Below are positions 53,905 through 64,000 of a DNA stretch of 64,000 nucleotides, in pieces. The translations under genes were made by a program, and so were the position numbers. Every line of letters begins with the position of its first letter. The stretch's first letter is position 1. This stretch comes from Octopus sinensis (lineage: Eukaryota): the NCBI RefSeq assembly GCF_006345805.1, contig NC_043005.1, positions 104,718,001 through 104,782,000 of the forward strand, written 5' to 3'. The notes under the pieces are model-generated. The model saw only the letters and a program-made list of their open reading frames with translations. It did no database searches and was not told the origin of the DNA.

Positions 53905-55405
53905 ACGTGTATGTAACGTTATATGTATATGTATATCAAGGAAAGTTTGGATTGGTCGAATAGCTAGGAGTAGGAAGAGGAGTTTAATGTGGGAGGAGAA
54001 TCGAATGTGGAAGGAAAGAAAGAAGATTAAAAGACGTAGAAGGTGGAGATGGGGAGGAAGACAAAAAAAAGATGAGGAAAAATTAGCAGGAGGGGAGGAG
54101 GAGGAAGAGGAGGAGGAGAGTAAGAAAGAGCGAAGAGAAAGGGATAAGATAAATTCTGAAAGATGTAGTTATTGATAAGGAAGGGGTGGGGGCAAACAGA
54201 ATGATATGAAAGTGAGTCGATGAACGATATATTGATGCTGCTGCTGCTTATGATGATGATATGATAGTGATGAGGAGGAGTGGAAAGAAGGAAATGAAAA
54301 TAAGAATGAAGAACAAGAAAACTGAAGGTAGTACGAAGGGGGGGGGGATCGGAGGTGGAAAATGCATATGAATATGAAGAGAAGTATGGCGATAAGAATG
54401 CAAGAGGTGAAAGAAGGTAAATGAGAGATGAAATGATAGACGAGAGAGACGAGAAATATAGTAATAACAAAGAATAATGCAAAAGAAAGCGAGAAAGTAT
54501 TCGTTCCCCCTCTTTTACCACACCCGCACCAAAAGAAAAGAAGGAAGGAGGGAAGGAAAGATGCAACTAGAAAGGGGGTAGAAAGAAAAATGAATAATAA
54601 AAATATAGGAAAATAAATTATATGAAAACAAGAAACAGGCAATAAAATAGAAAATAAAAAGAAAGGAAAACGGAATAAGAGAAATAGCGAAGAAATAAAG
54701 AAATAACATCTTAAAAGAAGTCTGTATGATTGTTAAGCGATCGAATCCAATATGGTCGCTGGATTAGCACTCTAATAATTCTAGAGAAAAAAGAAACAAA
54801 ACAAAATGGCTTTGCGATCCAACAGTGTTAAGGTCGAAGAAAGGCAAGAGAAAAGCAACAGAAGAGAACAAAACGAAAACATGCGAAAGCAATAAAAAGC
54901 AATTCATGTATGCTTATTTCATTGAGAAAATATTTACATATCTACTCGCCATGATGTCCGTTTATTTTACAAACTAATCTTTGCTGCTGTATATTTGAGC
55001 AATATGTTCCTATTGTATATAACAAACCATTTTTGTAGAAATACGTTTTCTTCTCGTGCCAGCAACACTCCTGCCCCTCGCAAACTGGAAAAGAAAGGGA
55101 AGACGAATATAAAATAGTTGTGTGGGGGTTGGTGCCGAGGTGGGATGTGGAGTGTGGCATATTATGTATTCTCTTTTCAAAATCTTCTCTCACACTTTAT
55201 CCCGACCAAACTCTCCACCAACCATCTATTAGTATTTCACGTCTTATTATATATTCCACTAGGATCTCACACCTGATCATTTTCCATTGGTGGATTATAT
55301 GTTTATGTATGTAAAGTAAATATGCGCATATGTATAGAATTATAGATACATACATGCATACATACATATATATATACATAACATCACACAATATATATTA
55401 CATAC

Positions 55406-55437
<32 letters not shown>

Positions 55438-55464
55438 GATTGTATGTATAGAATTATACATACG

Positions 55465-55523
<59 letters not shown>

Positions 55524-55768
55524 CAACATACACACATATATATTACATACATATGTGTGTTTTTGTGTACATATATATATATATATAGATATATAGATAG
55601 ATTAATATATATACATACAATATCATATATATACACAAAACACATATATATATATACATACATATGTGTATATATACATAATTATATATATATATTTATA
55701 TATATATATGTTTATATGTATATGTATGCCTGTATGTATGCATACACGTGTAAATATTTATGCATATA

Positions 55769-55840
<72 letters not shown>

Positions 55841-56276
55841 GGTATGTATGTATGATGTATGTATGAATGTATGTATGCATGTATGTATAAAGCAGAAAAG
55901 AAAGACAGAGGGAGAGAAAGAGACAGCAGTATATACATATATAAATGCATGTATTTGTGCTTATTCATGTATGTAAATTTGTGTATGTCTCAATAAAGGC
56001 ACTTATATATGAATATGTATGTGTGTACACACACATATATATATATATGTATGTGTATACATATTTATACACACGCACACACACACACAGACATATATAT
56101 ATACATACCTATATATGCGTGTGTGACCGTGGTTTTGTATGTATACATAAATATGTGTGTTTGTGTGTGTGTATGCGTGTGAATTGTGTAAATGTGAATG
56201 CTTTACTACATTTCTGCATCGATGTTCTTTATATATATATATATATCTATATATATAAGTATATATATATATATAT

Positions 56277-56323
<47 letters not shown>

Positions 56324-56399
56324 GATATATATATATATATAAACTCACACACCACAACACACACACACACACACATACACACACACACAACTATGATAT

Positions 56400-56441
<42 letters not shown>

Positions 56442-56753
56442 TATATACACATATGTTTATATATAAACAATATATTATACATATAGTTATATGGTTATAG
56501 TTTTTCTTTACTACACGATCTAGTTTCAGCCGCGGGAAAAATAGTTGCAATAGAATATATAATAATAAATTTACTGTAATAGAAAAGTAGTTGATCTGTT
56601 CGGTAGGTTCTTAATGGCTGCGTAGCTAGCAAGAAGACGAAGGTATGCATATATATACATGTAAATATGTGTGTGTGTGTGTGCGTGTGTATCCGTGTGT
56701 GTACATATATATATATATACAAACTTATATGTGCACATATATATACATACATA

Positions 56754-56824
<71 letters not shown>

Positions 56825-56965
56825 ACACACATATGCATGCACGCAGAGAGACTGAGAGGAGAGAGGGAAAGAGAGACATAAAGAAAGACGTGAGTAAAGG
56901 GGGAGGAACAGCAAAGGCAAAAAACAATGGCCAAAGGGATACAAAAGCAAAATACACACACACAA

Positions 56966-57002
<37 letters not shown>

Positions 57003-57009
57003 ATATATA

Positions 57010-57041
<32 letters not shown>

Positions 57042-59735
57042 TGGGTGTATGAGTGTGTGTGTGTATATATATATATGTAAGTGTGTGTGCGTGTGTGTAT
57101 GTGTATACATACATCTATATATTTGATTAAATATATAGTATACAATGTATCTGTCTATGCCTGTTTATAAACTACGTTTCACATTTATGTGTGTAAGCAT
57201 ATCCTCGTCAATTCTTTAACGATTATATTCTTTTGCATGGAAGCTGTCCAATGGACTTGATCTAACGCTCAAATTACCCGAGTTAATGCCCACGCCCCAT
57301 ACATTACTGCTAAATGTTATTTAACTAATCTGCTGTCGGCCTTTACCGTTCATTATATAGCCTTATTGCTAGCCGTATTGGTTCTTAGCCTTATTGCTAG
57401 CCGTATTGGTTCTTAGCCTGACGCTTCGTTGATGTTGCCAGAAGTTCTGCAATCGACAGCAACATCGGCGTGAAACTTCTGTAACTGAGTAATGTAGAAA
57501 GACTACTAATCACACTCCTTCATATACATACCCAATTAATTAATTAATTAATTAATTAAATATATCATAACAAATACCAGTTCTTAAGCTGAGCTAAACT
57601 TTGTGCACCGACGTAAAAACATCTTATTTTTCCCTCAGTACATAGAAAAATAAAGGACGTATTTCTTGGTTCATGCTTTCTCATCAGAGAACAAATACTT
57701 CCTCATTCTCTGCTTCAGAAAAGAAATTACAATATTTTGCTATTTATGTGAAACGCAGACTAGAATTAAGATGATGAGGCTCCTCTAATTTGCACACCAT
57801 GCGTTTTTGAGTGGCGTCATTAAAGATTTAATAAATATTCATATACAGTACATTGTGTATTGGAAAACCCGATATATGTGTGTGTGGTCGTGTGTGTATG
57901 TGGTCGTGTGTTCGCGCGTGTGTATGTGCCTGTGTGCTTGAGCGCGACTGTGTATGTGTGTATTACAAACGTATTTTAAAGTCTGTACTTTTGTTCACAT
58001 CTTTCTGAAAACCGGTATTGTTGTTTATATTGAGCCTTTTTATGCCCTGTAACTTAATGATTCAACAAATACAGACAGATCAATATAATAAGTACTAGAC
58101 TAACACAATTACTTGAGTCGATATGATATGATTGACTAAATCTTTTAAATATTTTGCTACAACAGCGCAAAAGCATAAACAAGTCAAAAAATGATAAAAA
58201 AACAATGTTATACATGTGTGGATTTGTATGTAAGTTCCCGTGCGTCTGTATGCACTTGTGAAAATATTCTGATATCAAATTCTTTAGCACTTTTCCGTTA
58301 AGTTAATCCCACACTCTGTTTCTTTTTCTCCTAACTTTCGGTCATTAAACATACTGAAAATGTAATAATAAAAATAAGATTTTAAAAACCCGGTACATTA
58401 AAAAATAAAATGGTTGAATTTAAGAAAAATATCTCAGGGCATGCTAATATTTGCAATGTCGGAAAACCCGTTAACTATTTAAATTTCATGTAATCATGAT
58501 TTGTAGTAATGCTATATAAACAAAAAATTGTGGTAACCTGACTTTTGGAAAGTAATAGTTAATCACTCTTTTTAATTAGTAAAAATCAATTAGTGAATTA
58601 GTATCAAAGTTCATTGATTTTCTGAATATATTTATACCGTCAGCTGAGTACAAAACCTAATTGGACTATGCATGGAAGTAGGATAAAGGATATTTGGGTA
58701 AAGGCAAAGAGTGTGAACCAAATGTGACTGAAGAAGAATCCAGTGGTTTTAGTATGATTCTCTCGAAAGAGTCAATTTTGACACTAATTCCAAAAAATGT
58801 AAAGGTCTCTTCGAAGATAAAATTCACAAATATTGACGATGCTCAGAAGCTGAGATTGTTGTCACACAAGTTGGGTGTCATAAAACACAACTAGTTGAAC
58901 TTTCTCAGTGTTTAGGAATCAACGAAATTTTTGCTGCCAAAACACTTGCACAACTCTCCTACCAGAAATTACCTCAAACAGCTGGATTTTTCACTGACTA
59001 AGAATTTCATCAACAAATGAAACATACGCTCGGATAGTCATCTGAGAACGGGACCATTTCAAGCTACAAAGCACGAGATGAGTTCATTGTCTGGCTTTTT
59101 CTACTGTTCTTTAACCAACACTGCACCCTTTAAAAAATAATATTTGGATATCATTCACTTAATTATCACAATCTCAGCTTGATATTGGAATTATACAACA
59201 GATCCATTGCTTTTAATGCCACCATTATTGTGTGTCTTAAGTACTTGTATTTGCAAGATGTTGCATATATTTCTTTTCCAGAAATATCTGCAGACTTAAA
59301 TATGAAGCATAGAAGCAATTGCTTTCAATTCTGAAGTTGTCTTGACAACTGCATCAGGAACTATCTAGAATCGATATCCCAGACGCGATGTTTTTTCCCT
59401 GGATCCATCCAGCAAATAAGTCATCTGCGATTTGTAAAAAGTCTTAGTAACACTTCTCGAGACACGCACTGATTCTGACTTGTATGGGGATTATAATCTT
59501 CTCAAGCTATTAAGGCTGTCAAGTGTCAAAAGGCGAATGACAATTTTCTCAAATTGCGAAACATTGAATAATTACATATTTTCATCAGCTCCACCTGCAT
59601 ATGGCGGTGAAGTTTTCGAGTAGGTTTCAAGATAAAGACAGTTTCAGAACATTTTGTTGACTTCCGTATTTTGTGCCAGCAGCTTAGATAGTGCGAATAG
59701 ATGTTGTAGGTATCGAGGATAAGTTGAAAGATGTG

Positions 59736-59814
<79 letters not shown>

Positions 59815-59833
59815 AGTCTAATTGACTGTCTGA

Positions 59834-59867
<34 letters not shown>

Positions 59868-59953
59868 GTCTGTCTGTCTGTCTGTCTCTCCCTCTCTCTC
59901 TCTCTTTCTCTCTCGCTCTCTTTGTCTATCTGTCTGCCTGTTTGTCTGTCCAG

Positions 59954-60274
59954 CAGTAGTTCTCAGTAGTTTTGACTTCGTGGTGCACTGGAGATAAAAT
60001 ACCCTATTTTACTTACAAAAATTAAATATTGATTTAATGCTAAAAATTTAGAATTCAGTATGTATGGAAAACTATTAATTACCGTTTTAATTTTATCTAC
60101 GTATAACAAAATTTTCAATACGTTTAATACTCAACCCTTCCAAGACGTTTAACAATTAACCCTTCCAAGATGTTTAACAATTAGTGCGCATTTTCTAAAG
60201 CATTAAATCATATTTTTATCAAAATCACTGGCACACCTAGACATTCCTTGCCGCACACCGTTTAAGTATCATTG
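59954..60274. mobile_element. Charlie/hAT-like MITE (degenerate)
   Basis: CAGTAGTTCTC... and ...TTTAAGTATCATTG imperfect TIRs; flanks CTGTCCAG and ATATACAG; internal 25-bp tandem duplication. Confidence 0.45.
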
Positions 60275-60899
60275 ATATACAGTAGTTATACACACAGAGA
60301 CACGGAAACACATACAAACACACAAACACACATACACATACACAAAATATTTATGTATAAATATATACGCTATATATGCAAATATGTATGTTTATATATG
60401 CATGTGTTTATATATATATAGATATATATATCTATATATATATATATTATATATATATATCTATATATATATATATATATATATGATACACATCATACAT
60501 ACAGACACATAGAGGGTACGTTCATATATTTGTATGTATTCATAGGTGGTGAGGGTGAGCCCAGGGTAGCAAGTGAACTGAAAGATAGTTAAGTTTAATT
60601 AAACCCCACCATCTGTTGTTTTGACAATTTTCAAACCCCTGTCAAATGTTATTATTCTTTACTTCATGAGAACAAGGCCGACCACCCCTCCTTCATGTCG
60701 CTCCCTTTATTTTTGCTGTTCCAGAATCCTAAATAAAAACAGTTTTGTTATTTCTAGAATTTGGGTTAATATAAGGAAAATGTGAAAACAGAAATTTAAC
60801 TTAAACTATGAGGAGGTTTTTAAGTGTCATACTCGTCAACGATGACAAAGTAAGAAATGATGGTTCCGGTGATGGCGACGGTGAAAGTGGTCGGGAAAA

Positions 60900-60947
60900 C
60901 AGCAGTAGCAATGGCAGTACCATTAGTTGTAGTAGTAGTGGTAGTAT

Positions 60948-60984
<37 letters not shown>

Positions 60985-61057
60985 GGTGGTGGTGGTAGTA
61001 GAAGTTGTAGTAATAGTAGTAGTAGTAGTGGTGGTGGTGGTAGTAGTAGTAGTAGTT

Positions 61058-61089
<32 letters not shown>

Positions 61090-61247
61090 GGTAGTAGTAG
61101 TAGTAGTAGAGAAATGATGTGTCCAATTGTGCAATGTGCACCACTACAATTTATTTCTAGCTTAGTTACTACTACTACTACTGCTACTAATACTACTACA
61201 ACAACTACTACTACTACTACCACAACTGTTGCTGCTTGCTGCTGCTG

Positions 61248-61283
<36 letters not shown>
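60900..61283. repeat. (TAG)/(TGG) then (CTA)n triplet arrays
   Basis: Direct; explains ORF 60808..61419. Confidence 0.9.
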
Positions 61284-62499
61284 TCAGTGTTACTTTCAGA
61301 ATTTCCTTGAAGTACTTCAGCTGTCATTCTCTTGTTTGTTTCTGTTCCATCAATTGGCCGCAAAAAACTACGTGTTTAATCGGTTGTCCTCTATTCAAAG
61401 CAAGGGTCCCACCCACTAAGGGCACTTCTTGATGTTGGTTGCTTCGAAGCAGGAGATTTCTTCCTCTTTGAGAAAGCTGTTGTTGGTTTTGAAGTCCTCA
61501 CATTTGGCCTTTCGGAAACAACCAGAGGAGTGTTGGTAGAAATCCACGAATTGGATCAAATATCGACGGCAGAAAACTCGGATTTCTGATCTATGCAAGG
61601 GGAAGGGAATGATATCTGGCTTATACTCGAGTAACTTCGCATCAGACCAGAAGTCTCAGAGTTCAAAAGTGTCTAAGAGCACTTCCTGCAATTTTCAAAT
61701 GCTTTCTATTGAGGGATCGTAAGGTAGTCTTCGTAACATGTCTTGGTAGCTTTGAAGGAGACTCTTACCTTTTGTGTCCACCTGAAGTTAACTTTTTGTA
61801 ACCTTGTCTTTCCACTAATAATCTTAAAGCACATGGGTTAATCTCTGTATCAGGGATTGACTTTTTATTGTCTTCAGTTATTCATTCTGTTTCTAATTCC
61901 TTCACCATTTCTTTTAGAGCAACTACGCTGAAATTTTTTGGTAAGGGTTGAACGCCAAATTTTCAGCAAATGTTATGATGACCAGCAGTTATCGCGATCA
62001 GGACAGTTTTTGTGTTGGGAGCAAATCTTTACGGTCCCAAGATCTGAAATCAAAAACTGACTTAAATCAAATATGTACTAGCATTAGGCTGATCCAGATC
62101 TTGGCGCGGAGGTAACCCACATTTTTCATTCGTAGAGTTGTTGGGATCGAGTCGATATATGTCTGACGATTTAAAACTTAGTGATATAGTTTTAGCTCAA
62201 TTGAGTATGAATTTCTGTTGAGTTTATCTGAGACTCAGAGAAACATGCTTTCATTGATCTTATATTGGAATTATATAAATATTTAACTATTACGAATATT
62301 GAGTGTTCCTTTATTTGTCATATAACACTTGTTCAACCATCTTCTATACATATACATACACATACATACAGGCATACATGTGTGTGTCTGTGTTTGGCTG
62401 CGGGTTGGTGCGTTTGTGTATGTAAAAATAATGATGCATTTATTTGTCTAAACTTAGAGGCAAACAAACAGCATAAATATATGTGCATGCGCTCGGGAC

Positions 62500-62930
62500 T
62501 GTTTTTGCTAGCTCGCGCGCGAGTGACTTTTGTGTTTATTCTTAGACATGATGATAAAAGAAAAAATATACATGTATAAACATATGTATAACTAACTACC
62601 TGTTTGGTTTGTAACTTCGTTTGTCAATCTAAAAAAATGTGATCGGGTTAGAGAAGGAGGATAAGTGGAACATGAGAGTGGGAAAGAGAGAGAGAGGGGG
62701 GGAGTGAGGAGAGGAAAGGAAAGAAGAAAGCGAGATAGGGAGGGGAGGTAGAGAGGGTGGGGAGTGACTGTGTGTGGTACGCGGTTTGAGAAAACAAGAA
62801 AGATGGCAGCCGAAGAGACGAAACATCGAGGACGGGAAAAATAACAAGAGCTAAAATGGCAGCCAAAAACAAACACTAATTTCTGTCTGTTTTGATCGGA
62901 AAGTGGCGTTGATGGCGACTTCCTGTTATA
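62500..62930. promoter_or_regulatory. Possible promoter-like motif cluster
   Basis: AAGATGGCAGC 62800, AAAATGGCAGC 62853, GATGGCGAC 62911 (YY1-like), ACTTCCTG 62918 (ETS-like), palindrome CTCGCGCGCGAG 62512. Motifs only. Confidence 0.3.
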
Positions 62931-63086
62931 CATTTATAGCAAAGCCTGTGTGAGTTGTGGCATTGTTTGGAGCCCAGTAGGACCCTGTGTGCTTATGTGC
63001 ATGGATCGTATATGAGCACCTATATGTGTGCGTCTGTGAGTGTGTTTGTGCTTGTGTGTGCGAGTGTGTGTGTGTGTGTGTCTGTC

Positions 63087-63119
<33 letters not shown>

Positions 63120-63212
63120 CTGTCGATATTTCTGCTGTTCACATTGAGCTTGAGTAAATTTCTGTGTTCGTATTTTAACATGATTTTGTGTGTGTGTGTG
63201 TGTCTGTGTGTG

Positions 63213-63268
<56 letters not shown>

Positions 63269-63702
63269 CGTGTGACCGGGTGAGTGTTCGTTCGTGTATT
63301 TGTGTGTCCCTGTATGTCTATGTGTGTGTATGTGTGAGCTATATTTATAGCGCTTGAGGTGAAAGTTTGTCTTTGGAGGGAGGGTATCTTCTAAATTACA
63401 TTTCATTTATTTTCAGATGATTGTTGCTATCGTTTTTATATTCGTCGTCGTCATCGTGGTTGTCAATATGTTGTTAAAGATGTTGATGATGATGTTGATG
63501 ATGATGTTGATGATGTTGATGGAAATGGTGGTGATTTTGATTATGATGATAATGTGGATGTTAATGAGAAATTTTCGGTGCTGTTGTTAATGTGACTGTT
63601 GTTACAGTAACAGAAACAAAGATGGAAATGAATACCTTAATGAAAAAAATTGATGGCGTCCCTTGGTGATTCTTGTATTAATAGCAACGTATATACCATA
63701 AA

Positions 63703-63769
<67 letters not shown>

Positions 63770-63962
63770 GTTATTATTATCACTATCATCATCATCATCG
63801 TTGTTGTTGTTGTTGTTATTATTATTATTATTATTATTATCATCGATATTGACCAAAATAAGTAATGATCGGTATTTTAAATTTTATTGATATAATGAGC
63901 AGCAGCTGTGGTAGCAGTGGCAGCAGCAGCAGCAGCAGAAGTAGTAGTAGTAGTAGTTGTAA

Positions 63963-63998
<36 letters not shown>

Positions 63999-64000
63999 CA

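Noticed and set aside
57418-57480. CTGACGC...long stem...GAAAC next to a 28-bp tandem duplication (57358-57413)
   Set aside because: Core and stem spacing are non-canonical and there is no stem I; the duplication is an ordinary local slippage.
60808-61419. 203-aa Ser/Gly/Thr-rich ORF
   Set aside because: Built from TAG/TGG/CTA triplet arrays.

Overview
AT-rich, microsatellite-saturated eukaryotic DNA with no host protein-coding exon that I can support; nearly all ORFs in the track are frame artefacts of simple repeats. The SINE families and repeat style look like an octopus/coleoid cephalopod genome (inference from recall, not verified). The window is a transposon graveyard. It holds many tRNA-derived SINEs, two DD34D mariners, a DD37D (maT) element, a Tc1 fragment, a CR1/L2-type LINE remnant split by a hAT MITE, piggyBac- and hAT-like MITEs, four copies of a ~555-bp element always set in (AAT)n in one orientation, and a 5'-truncated Penelope-like element (RT plus GIY-YIG). 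The main hidden signal is a set of seven minimal type-I hammerhead-ribozyme-like motifs in five unrelated sequence contexts. Three of these contexts sit in head-to-head fold-back structures. The best case (20670-21231) joins a tRNA-Arg-like Pol III head, an AAT spacer and a hammerhead-bearing tail, with a 10-bp target-site duplication around the whole structure. It is a candidate Penelope-mobilised, ribozyme-containing SINE. All ribozyme calls are manual folds and untested.
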